A stretch of DNA of 64,000 nucleotides from an uncultured Candidatus Rokubacteria bacterium. GTDB taxonomy: Bacteria > Methylomirabilota > Methylomirabilia > Rokubacteriales > DASRDR01. The stretch is taken from positions 384,001 through 448,000 of the forward strand of contig CAWDVE010000013.1 in NCBI GenBank assembly GCA_963805625.1, in the 5' to 3' direction. Below the pieces are notes generated by a model. The model saw nothing but the letters and a program-made list of their open reading frames with translations, was not told where the DNA came from and made no database searches. Both the position numbers and the translations under genes were made by a program. The number at the start of each line of letters is the position of its first letter. The stretch's first letter is position 1. Shown one piece after another: positions 19,745 to 31,529 of this stretch.

Positions 19745-19903
19745 CGCCGCGTGTCGCGATCGAGCTTTCTCGTCTGTCCCCGCTACGCCGGCCCGCGCCG
19801 GATTCTGGGCGCGGTGACCGAACCCCACGCCGTGCGCCGCGTACTCGTCGCGCTTGGACTAGTCGCGAACCCGTCGTCGGGCCGACCCATCCCCGCGACC
19901 TGA
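19745..19903 (+). pseudogene. C-terminal remnant of an IS91-family transposase
   Basis: LVCPRYAGPRRILGAVTEPHAVRRVLVALGL...P-rich stop. Confidence 0.6.
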
Positions 19904-19969
19904 CCCCCGCGCTCGATCACGCCTCGGCACCGCGGTCCCCGTCTGCCTGCTGACCCGGAGGAGCGGGCT

Positions 19970-20116
19970 CCGGGCCTCACCGCTCCGACCTCCCGCCGCA
20001 CTTGCTAGACCCGCCAGCGACGCGCTATCGTTCCGGCGTGCCGCTGGAGGCGCGGCCGACGTGGCCGACGCCGCAACCGGGGGGGACGGGGCGCGGAGGG
20101 GGGACGCAGAAACGTG
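19970..20116 (+). mobile_element. IS91-like terminal region, copy 1
   Basis: Shares CCGGGCCTCACC, CCAGCGACGCGCTATCGTTC, GGGACGCAGAAACGTG with 31257-31425. Confidence 0.6.
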
Positions 20117-20214
20117 GCAAGGGCCATCAACGTTCCAGAACCCGAAACCGCCAGCCCGAGGGCCGCGCTGCCCGCACCGGCCGGTACCTGAAGCTGAAGA
20201 TCGCGTCCCGGGGC

Positions 20215-20760
20215 CTACATGAACAAGCGCTCGGGGCCCTGGCTGGACGCTCCCGCGGATCTCTGCTCGCGGTCCTCCCACACCTCCGCGCAGCGGTGGC
20301 CGGCCCTCCAGCGAAGATCCTGCAGATCGCGGTTGCGCTCCGGCATGCGCGCGATCTCGGTAGCGACCTGCGCCGACATCGAGCTGAACACGCCGACGTC
20401 CCAGGGCATCGGCGCGCCGGAAGGCCAGCGGAACGTGCCGTGACAGGCGCTGATGAGAAGCCCGCGCGCCCCCGTCTCGGACCGCGACCTGCGGCGCGCG
20501 AGCACGACGCCCGGACCCTTCTTCCCTTCTCGCACCAGGTCGGGCGGATCCTGCAGGTCGCCGTCCGTGAGCACGACCGCATCACCGCTGCTGAAGCGCA
20601 CCGCCGCCGTGCTTGCCGGGTGGTGACCGAAGTTGCGCGACAGGTGCACCACGCACACGTGCGGGTCGTGAGGCGCGACCTTGCCAAGGATCTGCGCGCT
20701 GCCGTCGCTGCGGCCGTCGTCGACGAACACCATCTCGATCGTGTGGCAGGCTCGCGGTCG
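20215..20760 (-). pseudogene. degraded GT2 glycosyltransferase (ArnC/DPM1-like)
   Basis: FVDDGRSDGS, LSRNFGH, DGDLQDPP. Confidence 0.75.
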
Positions 20761-20865
20761 CGGCGAGGAGCCGCAAGTAGAGCGCGCGCAGATTTTCTTC
20801 TTCGTGAAGACCATACCCGCGATGGATATAAGCGCCATTCGGCTCGCCGCTCAGGTTAGTCGATC

Positions 20866-21933
20866 GTGCGCGTGCGCTCAATCACAGTGACGGAATCGCG
20901 GCCCAGGTATCGACTCGCCTTCGCAACGGTCGCGCTCGGCATGGGAATGCTCGCCACGCTCGTGATCGCCGAGATTGCGCTGCGCTCCAGTGGGCACGAG
21001 CCCTGGAAAGAGCTCGACGGGCACCCGGGTGTGCCGCGAATGCACGAGCCCGACCTCGACCTCGGCTGGCGCAGCAAAGAAGGGCGCTACGTGTTCGGAA
21101 CGACGCCCATCCACATGACGTTCTGGCCCGATCACACGCGCGCGACCGCTGCGGCCCCCGTACGCGCCGACGCCGCGGTCGTGGTGCTGGGCTGCTCGTT
21201 CGTGCAGGGCTGGGCGTTGTCCGACGAGGAGACGTTCGCGTGGAAGCTGCAGGAGCGTTTCGCGCGCGCCCGGGTGCTCAACTTCGGGACCGCCGGTTAC
21301 GGCACCACGCAGTCGCTGCTTGCGCTCGAGCGCTATCTTGAGGAACGCAAGCGCCCGCATGGCACCGCGGCGGCCAAGGGGCCGCTCATAGTCGTCTACG
21401 GGTTCAGCGATTTCCACACCAGCCGCAGTATCGCCGAAGCTTCGTGGCTCAAGGCGCTCGCACAGGCCTCGCGCGGGCAAGGCACGCCCTACGCAACCCT
21501 CGGCGGCGACGGCGAGCTGCAGCTTCACCCGCCCAAGACGTATCCGGCCTGGTGGCTCCATCGCCGACTCGCTACGGTGGCGATGCTCGAACAGCTCTGG
21601 GCGTCTTTCGATGCGATGAAGCGCACTTCGCAAGCGAACGCGGTTTCGAAGAAGCTGTTGCTCGAGCTCGACAAGGTCGTGCGGCAGAGCGGGGGAACGC
21701 TGCTCGTGGCATTACTCTCGCAATTCGGTCCCCGAAGCATGGCGCCGTTCCGCGCGCTACTCGCGGAGCACGGCATACCAACGGCGGACTGCGTGCATCA
21801 AGGAGTGTGGGCGAGGGAGATGCAGGTGCCGGTCTACGGTCATCCCAACGCCGAGATCAACGCCTACTGGGCCGGCTGCATCGCGCAGGCCATTAGCGGC
21901 ATGGTCCCCGAACTCGCCGGCGGCGGCACGTAG
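20866..21933 (+). CDS. membrane-anchored SGNH/GDSL hydrolase-like protein
   Basis: N-terminal TM; LGCSF.QG, NFGTAGYG, GHPN. Confidence 0.82.
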   Translation: MRVRSITVTESRPRYRLAFATVALGMGMLATLVIAEIALRSSGHEPWKELDGHPGVPRMHEPDLDLGWRSKEGRYVFGTTPIHMTFWPDHTRATAAAPVRADAAVVVLGCSFVQGWALSDEETFAWKLQERFARARVLNFGTAGYGTTQSLLALERYLEERKRPHGTAAAKGPLIVVYGFSDFHTSRSIAEASWLKALAQASRGQGTPYATLGGDGELQLHPPKTYPAWWLHRRLATVAMLEQLWASFDAMKRTSQANAVSKKLLLELDKVVRQSGGTLLVALLSQFGPRSMAPFRALLAEHGIPTADCVHQGVWAREMQVPVYGHPNAEINAYWAGCIAQAISGMVPELAGGGT

Positions 21934-21989
21934 CGGTTTCGGGATACGCGGGCGTCGTACCTCCGCGCGACGACGGACAGCTCTGGGGC

Positions 21990-22440
21990 CGTCCCGCCAA
22001 CGGCATCGAGTCCCGCTACCTCCTCACCGGGCTCGCCCAGTGCGGGCGATGTGGCGGGAGCCTCATCGTTCACGGCCGAGCTTCAGCGCGCCGCCGAGCC
22101 AACGCCTATTTGTGTAGCTACCATCACCTGCGCGGGAACACGGTCTGCCCGGGCGGCCTCGTGCTGCCGATGGAACCGACGAACCAGACCATCCTCGCGA
22201 CGATCGAACGAGAGGTGCTGCACCCGGACGTGGTCCAGCGGGCAATGCGCCAGGCGCTTGGGCACCTGAATGCCCCGGCCGATACCGCGGTGCCGCGCCA
22301 GACCGCCTCCAGGCCGAGGTGGCGGTGATCGACCAAGAACTGACTCGGCTCGCCGCGGGCGTGGCCCAGGGCAGCGACCTGAAGGTGCTGCTGGAGGGCA
22401 TCCGAACCCGGGAGCAGCGCCGACGCACTCTCCAGGAGGA
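21990..22440 (+). pseudogene. large serine recombinase fragment (zinc ribbon + coiled coil)
   Basis: ESRYLLTGLAQCGRCGGSL, CSYHHLRGNTVC; frameshifted. Confidence 0.7.
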
Positions 22441-22444
22441 GTCG

Positions 22445-22758
22445 ACGCTGCCACCGCAGGACGGTGTCGGGGGTCACGATCACGAGGGGCTGCCCCCACC
22501 CGGCCCAGACCCTCGCGAGCCAGACCCAGAAGAGACGATCAGTCGTGTGAAGCTTGGGCCCGGTCACCGTTCGCTTGTACACGGCGAGCTGCTGGCGCAG
22601 GGCGAGGTTCTCGAGGGCGAGCTGCCGGTGGCCGCCGCAGAGGAACGGGAGGAGTCGAAGCACGTGGAGCAAGAGGGTGATCATCGAACTGAGATTCTCT
22701 CCGGATCAGACCTGACAGATCAACGACTTGGCCCCGGACGGGGTTTTGGCGAAGGACA
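22445..22758 (-). mobile_element. IS left end with truncated integrase-core transposase N-terminus
   Basis: LENLALRQQLAVYKR..DRLFW..VTPDTVLRWQRR; terminus TGTCCTTCGCCAAAAC. Confidence 0.75.
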
Positions 22759-23037
22759 GGCGGTGAATACGACGCCGGCATCTGCTGAACGTGCGAGCTT
22801 TCGACCCGCCCGGTGAGCACAACTCGCGCATTTGACAGGGACCGACGCTGTCGACTAGCCTCGACCCAGTGGGTCGACCACTCAGGGCGGCTTGGAATGG
22901 AGCAGCACGAATGTGTTCACCGGCTCGACGTTCGAGCCAGAAGCGTCGGATGGCAAATCTCCACGCATGCGCAACCAAGCCCGCACGTGCCCACGACCAT
23001 CAGGAGCTGACCTGAGAAGCCCGAGAAGGAGATCCCC

Positions 23038-23193
23038 ATGTTCTTATCGTCGTTTTTGATCCTATTCATTGTCCTTTTCGTCGCATGGGTCCTTGGGTGG
23101 TTTGTGTTCCACGTCGCGGGAAGCCTGATTCACATTCTGGTGGTCGTCGCGGTCATCTCCTTGATCGTTCATTTCGCACGGGGCCGCCCGTAG
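23038..23193 (+). CDS. lmo0937/DUF5670-like small membrane protein (51 aa, not in ORF track)
   Basis: AAGGAGA RBS; MFLSSFLILFIVLFVAWVLGWFVFHVAGSLIHILVVVAVISLIVHFARGRP. Confidence 0.8.
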   Translation: MFLSSFLILFIVLFVAWVLGWFVFHVAGSLIHILVVVAVISLIVHFARGRP

Positions 23194-23314
23194 GGCAATC
23201 GGATGTCCGTCCTCGGCAGGCGCCGGGAGGCGGCTCGCTGCGCCCCCTCGTCATCGCTCCCCTGACCCCCGTCTCCGACCGCGCTGGACCCTGGGGCCGG
23301 AGAAGGCTTCGCTC

Positions 23315-23932
23315 ATGGAAAGAGGCCATGGGACGGGCGCAGTGATCGCGCGGCGAGCGTTCGTGAGGCTCGGGCGGGCCGCTCTCGCCTGGCCCGCCAT
23401 CCTGACCGCCGGCCGCGTGATAGCCGATACCCTCGCTGAGACTCTGGTCGAGTTGGAGCAGAAGACGCGAGAGTACCAGGACACCCTCGCACGACTTCTG
23501 GGCCGGGAGGAACAGGCGGTCATCCGAGCCACAGCCACCGCTGAGCGGTACCGGACCCTTCATGTCGAGGGACTGGTCTCTCGCCGCGACGTGGAGGGCG
23601 CCGAGCAAGCAGTGGCCGAGGCGCGAGACCGCGTCCACGAGACGCGGAGCCAGTTGGCGGACTCCCAGCGGATCGTGGTGGAAGCACAGGCGCTCCAGCG
23701 CCTGGCGGCGCTCCCCCCGGTGTCCCTGGGCGAGGAGCGATCGACGTCGGACGTGCTCGAGTACCGTGGCGCCAGTCCCTGGACGCTGGCTCAGATTGCG
23801 AGCCTCGAGCAATTCTTCGCCGTGCGGTTCGGACGGTCTCTTCCCGTGAGCGCCCTGGGGCAGACGCCGTTGGTCGACCATCTCCGCGCGCGCGGTATCC
23901 CTTTCCTGGCCTTCAGTGGTGCCAGATGGTAG
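23315..23932 (+). CDS. coiled-coil hypothetical protein, possibly internally deleted
   Basis: ORF with RRAF leader and helical composition. Confidence 0.55.
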   Translation: MERGHGTGAVIARRAFVRLGRAALAWPAILTAGRVIADTLAETLVELEQKTREYQDTLARLLGREEQAVIRATATAERYRTLHVEGLVSRRDVEGAEQAVAEARDRVHETRSQLADSQRIVVEAQALQRLAALPPVSLGEERSTSDVLEYRGASPWTLAQIASLEQFFAVRFGRSLPVSALGQTPLVDHLRARGIPFLAFSGARW

Positions 23933-23987
23933 GGGTCAAGATTCTCGGCGAGGCCGCGTCCTAGAGATGTGACAGGGGTAGCGAGGA

Positions 23988-24221
23988 ATGATTGTCTACG
24001 TCCAGGTGGCGTCGGCGGAACTCGATGGGCAGCGGTGGTACACGGTCGCCGCGGGGCCCAATCTGGGGCTGGCCGACTGGCTGGCCCGCGCGCTGGAGGT
24101 CGAAGGGCAGTCAACGGCCCGGGCCATCCCACACGACGAGCTTCTGGAGACGGGCGGCGAGCTGGCCGTCGGGATGGCCCATAACGACCTGATCAGCCTA
24201 GATCCGGAGTTGCTGAAGTAG
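23988..24221 (+). CDS. hypothetical protein
   Basis: RBS-like GAGG; globular composition. Confidence 0.55.
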   Translation: MIVYVQVASAELDGQRWYTVAAGPNLGLADWLARALEVEGQSTARAIPHDELLETGGELAVGMAHNDLISLDPELLK

Positions 24222-24309
24222 TCACAAAGACGCCCCCGCGCGGTGCGCCTCAACACCGCCGGGGGCGGCGTGACAGCTGCTCCGACTCTGCCGTTCCTCT
24301 GCGGCGAAC

Positions 24310-24400
24310 GAGGTGGAGCAGGTCATGGACGACGAGTGTCTCCGGATCAGGCCCGACGCATCACCCGTTTATCCGCCGGCCGGAGTGTTGGCGAAGGACA
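24310..24400 (-). mobile_element. second degenerate IS end, same family and orientation as 22699-22758
   Basis: CTCCGGATCAG...TTGGCGAAGGACA shared. Confidence 0.55.
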
Positions 24401-24487
24401 ACCTCAGGCGCTGGGAGTCACGCGCCGTGCCCTCAGAATGCCCGTGGAGAGGTGAGCGGTCGGCGCCCTCCGCTGTCTTTCAGGTAC

Positions 24488-24790
24488 TTATAATAAGGAG
24501 CTCCGAGTCGGTGGAGAGGATAGCCAGGTCTTCTCGTCCAGGCTGCTGTTCAACGTCTCCATCGTCTTCCAGAACTGGTAGAAGTCTGTGTCCTTGTTGC
24601 ATGCGCGGGCACAAATGGCGGTGGCTTTGGCGTCGGCCGCGCCCTTCGCCTCCTGCGCGGCCTTGTAGCCGACCGACGAGGTGGCCAGCATGTCGCGCTC
24701 TTTCTGCCCGCGGATCTCGGCGGCGCGACCCTGACCCTCGGATCCACTGTGCTCAGCGATCCGCTTCCGCGGGCCTTCGACGCCGATCAA
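24488..24790 (-). pseudogene. hflC: HflC C-terminal fragment
   Basis: EGQGRAAEIRG, KGAADAKAT, DFYQFWKTME. Confidence 0.65.
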
Positions 24791-24880
24791 CACACCGCGA
24801 TCGGAATCGACGGCAGACGGCCCCCGGAGGCGAGATGTCCCCGGAGGCCGTCGGAATCGCCGGATGCTCTGGCCGGCGGG

Positions 24881-26942
<2,062 letters not shown>

Positions 26943-27003
26943 GGTTCGGGACCTCCCTCTTCGCGATGGGTATGAGCGCGGCGAGTGGTGCGTCGATCCC
27001 TCC

Positions 27004-27029
27004 TAGTGTATCACTATCCTAGTACAGTA
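27004..27029. promoter_or_regulatory. TAGTGTA-N12-TACAGTA box (GntR/YtrA-like), copy 1
   Basis: Identical arms and spacing at 27136-27161. Confidence 0.6.
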
Positions 27030-27135
27030 ATACAATCGCGATCACGTCCACTGGTTCCGCTGGCTGGGCGTCGAGGGTCAGCCGGTCACAGGAGGGGAGC
27101 GGCGGCATTGGGGGGACGCTTGACTCACCGTCCTT

Positions 27136-27161
27136 TAGTGTACTAATGTATTAATACAGTA
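27136..27161. promoter_or_regulatory. TAGTGTA-N12-TACAGTA box, copy 2
   Basis: AT-rich island downstream of TTGACT at 27120. Confidence 0.6.
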
Positions 27162-27213
27162 CACAAGCATTGCGCGCAGCGTCTTCGACTATCTGTCGCG
27201 GCATGCGCATTTA

Positions 27214-27558
27214 TTGGAGGACGGCTCTCCGGATGCCGGATCGAGCGAGCTCGAGGTCTGCCGAGCGATTGTGACGCTTTGTGAGCTCGCGGCCCGGCTC
27301 CCCTTTGTGGTCGACCCCGCCGGGCTGCCGCCTGCCCAGCGTGGCGGCTCTCCTGAGCAGCGGTACCGAAGCAGTGACACCACGGGCCCGCGAAAAGCCG
27401 TCCTGATGGCGAAAGCCCGGCGGGAGGCCGAGGCCCAGCTACGGCCGCTCGTGACTCCCGGGGACCGGATGCGGCTGCTCGCCGCCTGCTCGATCTCCCA
27501 GAAAGGGGCGGAGGAATTCGAGACGACCGCCGCCGCGGGTCAAAAGCCCGGCAGCTAG
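27214..27558 (+). CDS. hypothetical protein (uncertain)
   Basis: ORF only. Confidence 0.3.
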   Translation: MEDGSPDAGSSELEVCRAIVTLCELAARLPFVVDPAGLPPAQRGGSPEQRYRSSDTTGPRKAVLMAKARREAEAQLRPLVTPGDRMRLLAACSISQKGAEEFETTAAAGQKPGS

Positions 27559-27811
27559 CCGACCCTGCTCGGTCAGATGCCGGAGCACGCCGATCGCCCG
27601 ATCGAGCGTAAGTGAGGATGGCCACGCATGTCCGAACGTCAGGATCTGCACGATCACATCACCCGCGCAGGCTCATGGATCGAGGCAGCCGGTGAGTTTC
27701 AGAAGTATCGGCGGCACCGTCACGCCGAATTCTCGTTCTCTACATCGCGTTCAGAAGTCTGTACGGACATCATCGTCGAGCGACCATCATCGTCCACCGC
27801 AGGCCGCGTCA

Positions 27812-28723
27812 ATGACGACCGATGAACCGAGTGAGGCCGCCGTGTGTGTGACCCCGAGTGCGAAGCGGGCGGAGGAGTGCGCGGTCGTGTTGGCGTCGCA
27901 TGGGATTGCTCACCGCCTGGAGCCGACTGGCGCCGGCTGGATGGTGATGGTCGCGGCGGGTGACGCAGAACGGGCGAGCCGCGCGCTGGTCGAGTATGAC
28001 CGGGAGAACCGCGACGAGGCGCCGCGTGATCCCTCGCCGCCCCCTTACGGCACCACCGGTATCGGGGGGGTGATCGCCGCGCTGCTGGTTGGGTTCTTTG
28101 CGGTCACCGGCCCACGTGGGCCCAACGTCTGGTTCGACCAGGGCAGTGCCTCTGCCCGCCTGATTCTGTCGGGTGAGGTGTGGCGCACGGTGACCGCCCT
28201 GACGCTCCATGCCGACCTCGCCCACGTGCTCAGCAACGCCCTCGCCTGCCTGGTCTTCATCACCGCGGTCGCCTGGTGGCTCGGGCCAGGCGTAGGCACG
28301 TGGCTCGTGCTACTGGCCGGGGCGGGGGGGAACGCGCTGACGGCGCTCGCGCATGGGCCGTCGTCCGTCTCGGTCGGCGCCTCGACGGCCGTCTTCGGCG
28401 CCCTCGGCATTCTGGCCGTTCGCCAGTGCGTAGCGCGCGGGCGGGGCCGGGCGTCGGGGCACAAGGGCTGGGTGGTGATCGCCGCCAGCCTCGCGCTGCT
28501 CGGTATGCTCGGGACCGCTCCAGGGTCAGATGTACTCGCCCACGTCTTTGGCCTCCTCGTTGGGGGCCTTCTGGGCATTGGCCCGGCACTGGCACAGCGC
28601 CAGCCACTCGGCCGGTCGAGCCAGTGGCTCCTGGCCCTCGCCGCCGGCGCGCTCGTTCTCGCCTGCTGGAGGATCGCCCTGGCTGCCGTGCGCCCTCCCT
28701 CGCCGCCTGCGCTGACCCGGTAG
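27812..28723 (+). CDS. rhomboid family intramembrane serine protease
   Basis: WR..TA..LH...H...N, GAS, AH.FG. Confidence 0.9.
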   Translation: MTTDEPSEAAVCVTPSAKRAEECAVVLASHGIAHRLEPTGAGWMVMVAAGDAERASRALVEYDRENRDEAPRDPSPPPYGTTGIGGVIAALLVGFFAVTGPRGPNVWFDQGSASARLILSGEVWRTVTALTLHADLAHVLSNALACLVFITAVAWWLGPGVGTWLVLLAGAGGNALTALAHGPSSVSVGASTAVFGALGILAVRQCVARGRGRASGHKGWVVIAASLALLGMLGTAPGSDVLAHVFGLLVGGLLGIGPALAQRQPLGRSSQWLLALAAGALVLACWRIALAAVRPPSPPALTR

Positions 28724-28724
28724 T

Positions 28725-29075
28725 GACGCTGACAGGAGCGGGGTAGCGACGACGCAGCTCCTCGAGGCCCTCCGGTGGAATGTTGTGGTGAGCCACGAGG
28801 TCGATTCGACCCTCGTCCATCCGAAAGACCGTCGAGTACACCGCGTCACAGAGGCGCACGACGTTCCTCACGATCGTGTCGAAGACCGGCTGGACGTCGG
28901 TCGGCGAGCTCGCGATGACCCGCAGGATCTCGGCGGTGGCGGCCTGTTGTTCCTGTGCCTCCGCCAAACGCTTCTCGAGGTCGCCAACGCCAGAGCCTTC
29001 GTTCTTCCGCGACTTGCGGGTGGCAGGCAGCTTGGCTTCGGCCTTAGTCTTCGCGGGCTTCGCATCCCGACGCAT
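28725..29075 (-). pseudogene. truncated GAF-domain sensor N-terminus
   Basis: EQQAATAEILRVIASSPTDVQPVFDTIV; truncated at the rhomboid 3' end. Confidence 0.75.
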
Positions 29076-29197
29076 CGGCCTCTCCTTCACCGCGCGATGG
29101 TCGGCGCCAGGCTACGCCAAGGCATTCGTCGGGGCAAGTCCGAGTGGCCTGTGTTCGATGATTCCGGCGAGCGTGCCAGCGTCTTCTCAATTGTCCT

Positions 29198-29431
29198 TCA
29201 CTCCGACAATTCTCGCCGCACCGTTTCCTTGTCGAATCCCGCCCCAGCGAGTTGCCGCAGAACCATCGCGACATGCTTCTTCGTCAGGTCCTGTGGCCCA
29301 TGTCCCGACATGGTGATCTTCAGGCCACCACGAACGAACTGGCGGTGGCTGGTGGCCTTCCCGGGTAGCTCCACGAACCCGTGCTCGACAAGCCACCGTT
29401 CCAACTGCCTACGAGTCACCTCGCGCGTCAT
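29198..29431 (-). CDS. hicA: HicA-like toxin
   Basis: L..HGF....K..SH..F and H...DL pattern; 77 aa. Confidence 0.7.
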   Translation of the reverse strand: MTREVTRRQLERWLVEHGFVELPGKATSHRQFVRGGLKITMSGHGPQDLTKKHVAMVLRQLAGAGFDKETVRRELSE

Positions 29432-29556
29432 TAGATGAGCCGCTTGGCTCAGAGCGTGCCCCGAATAGTCAGGCGTGTCCCTGGATCACTTGGTTTGAGG
29501 AACATCGTCAGCTCTTGAGTCGGGGACAGATTGCGCACCCCGCCCGGACCGGGTGA

Positions 29557-30351
29557 TCACACTTTCGTCGCGCGCGTCATGAGATAATCCTGCCGAACGA
29601 TGTTGTCTTCGAAAAACTGATCCACGATCTCTTCAAACTCCCGGCGGAAAGTGGCAAGTCGGTCTGGGTCACTCCTGAGCGCTTGGACCACTCCGCCGAC
29701 CGGTCCGATATTCACTTCGTAGAAGACGCGAAAATGCGCCGGGCTCAGGGTTGGGATGCGCATGACGGCGCGATCGAACACGAGATCTTGGACGGCGGCA
29801 CCCAGACGGCCTCGCACGATATTCGGATCGCCCCACTGCGGCGGGGGTGATACGAACGCCGGGGGCGGGGGCAGGTATCGCCCTATCAGCATGAAAAGCC
29901 GCCCGACGCACAGTTCGGGCGGCCAGGTCGAGAAGGCGATGACACCACCGGATTTGAGGACGCGCAGCATCTCGCGCGTGGCCACCTCGTGACGTGGTGC
30001 GAACATGTGGCCGAACTGGCTCACGACCGTATCGAACGCGCCATCTCCGAAGGGCAGGCTCTCGACGTCTCCTTCATGCCACTCGATGTCGACGCCGGCG
30101 ATGGTCATATTCTCCCTCGCCCGCTGGAGCAACTCCGGAGTAAGATCAATTCCCGTTACCCGTGCCCCACGGTGCCGGGCGGTGATCGCCACGACCCCGG
30201 TGCCGCATCCTACGTCGAGAACCCGCTGGCCTGGCCGTACACCCGCGAAGCCCACCAGCCGGGGAGCGGTGGTACACGTCACCAGCTCAAATGGGCTGAA
30301 GGAAGCCCATGCTTGCCGTTGGCCGCTCTTGAACTCCGCGAGCTCATCCAT
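29557..30351 (-). CDS. class I SAM-dependent methyltransferase
   Basis: VLDVGCGTG, GDVESLPF, SQFGHMFAP. Confidence 0.92.
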   Translation of the reverse strand: MDELAEFKSGQRQAWASFSPFELVTCTTAPRLVGFAGVRPGQRVLDVGCGTGVVAITARHRGARVTGIDLTPELLQRARENMTIAGVDIEWHEGDVESLPFGDGAFDTVVSQFGHMFAPRHEVATREMLRVLKSGGVIAFSTWPPELCVGRLFMLIGRYLPPPPAFVSPPPQWGDPNIVRGRLGAAVQDLVFDRAVMRIPTLSPAHFRVFYEVNIGPVGGVVQALRSDPDRLATFRREFEEIVDQFFEDNIVRQDYLMTRATKV

Positions 30352-30386
30352 CCCAGTCCCCCTACGACTTCACGCCCAAGGGAATT

Positions 30387-30407
30387 CCTAGATCACTTAG
30401 TTCTAGG
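30387..30407. promoter_or_regulatory. 21-bp palindromic operator CCTAGATCACTTAGTTCTAGG
   Basis: Upstream of the methyltransferase; matches 30936-30956. Confidence 0.6.
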
Positions 30408-30498
30408 ACGTCTCGTTAGGTTCTTGTGTCACGCTCTTCGCGATCGCAGGGAAAATCATCCGCGTTCATTAGATGCGCAATGTCCCCGTGCCCTAAGC

Positions 30499-30876
30499 TC
30501 AGATCCAGCGCGCCGCGGCCGCGCCGGTGTCCTCCGGGCGGCTGTTGAAGGCGATGGCCGCGCCCGGAGCGGCGCGGTGAATGGCGTTGACTAAGGCCTC
30601 GAACAGAACCAGCCGGCTCGGCGGCAAGCGGACGCCCGCTCCGACCACCACGCAGTCGTAGTGGCCCTCGGCCAGGCGGCGCTCCACGGCGAGTGCGGCG
30701 GTCGCGTCGGGATTGATAAAGCAGTTCTCGGCCTGCCAGCCGCGCTCGGCCATGTCGGCGAGCGCGACTTCTACCCCGGCGTGGATCTTCTCCGCAGTCA
30801 TGCCCCGCGGCAGCGCCGGATCCGAAAAATCCACCGTCGCCGGATCCAAGCCGACCAACAGAACTCGTTTCATCAT
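30499..30876 (-). CDS. conserved-looking hypothetical protein
   Basis: YDCVVVGAGVR, FEALVN, IAFN..P pattern. Confidence 0.75.
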   Translation of the reverse strand: MMKRVLLVGLDPATVDFSDPALPRGMTAEKIHAGVEVALADMAERGWQAENCFINPDATAALAVERRLAEGHYDCVVVGAGVRLPPSRLVLFEALVNAIHRAAPGAAIAFNSRPEDTGAAAARWI

Positions 30877-30935
30877 CTCACGCTCCCCCCGCGCAGCTGC
30901 GTCCGCCACCATTCCTACTCTAGCTGGATCATGTC

Positions 30936-30956
30936 CCTAGATCACCGTGATCTAGG
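30936..30956. promoter_or_regulatory. perfect 21-bp palindrome CCTAGATCAC-C-GTGATCTAGG
   Basis: Read directly. Confidence 0.65.
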
Positions 30957-31256
30957 ATCATATCTTCTGAGGAGCGGAGTCAGCCACTGGAGCAGCCTCG
31001 TCATGCTCGAAGCACTGTACTATCACGCTTCCGCCGAAGCTCGACGCTAGTTCACGTCGTCTGGGACTCCGGCCGGGCCAGTGCCGGAGAGGAGCGCTCG
31101 CCGAAATTCGCTGGAGTGCGTTTTGCCTCGCGGTGCGGACCCCGATCGAGGCCCGGATCAAGGCGCTGGCGTGGACGTACTTTCTTGACGATCCGCGGGC
31201 GCCGCTGCCCACCGAGGGGACGCCGCCCCCCGAGCCCACGGGGCCTGTCGGTCGGG

Positions 31257-31425
31257 TTCCGGGCCTCACCTCCCCGACCTCCCGCCGCTCTTGCCGGGCG
31301 TGCCAGCGACGCGCTATCGTTCGGGCGCGCCGCCCGGCGGCAGGGCCGATGCCGTGAGCCCGCGAGCGGGGGGGACGGGGCGCGGGAGCAGGGACGCAGA
31401 AACGTGCTTTGGACTTCCTACGTTC
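31257..31425 (+). mobile_element. IS91-like terminal region, copy 2, ending TTTGGACTTCCTAC (oriIS-like)
   Basis: Similarity to 19970-20116. Confidence 0.55.
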
Positions 31426-31529
31426 TGACCCCCGGCGGAGCGAGTCGCCCTAGCGAAGAGGGGTCGAGCCGGAGCTGCGTGTAATACGTCCGGCTGCCCC
31501 AGGGGTGCTGATACTCCGGCCGGTAGTTC

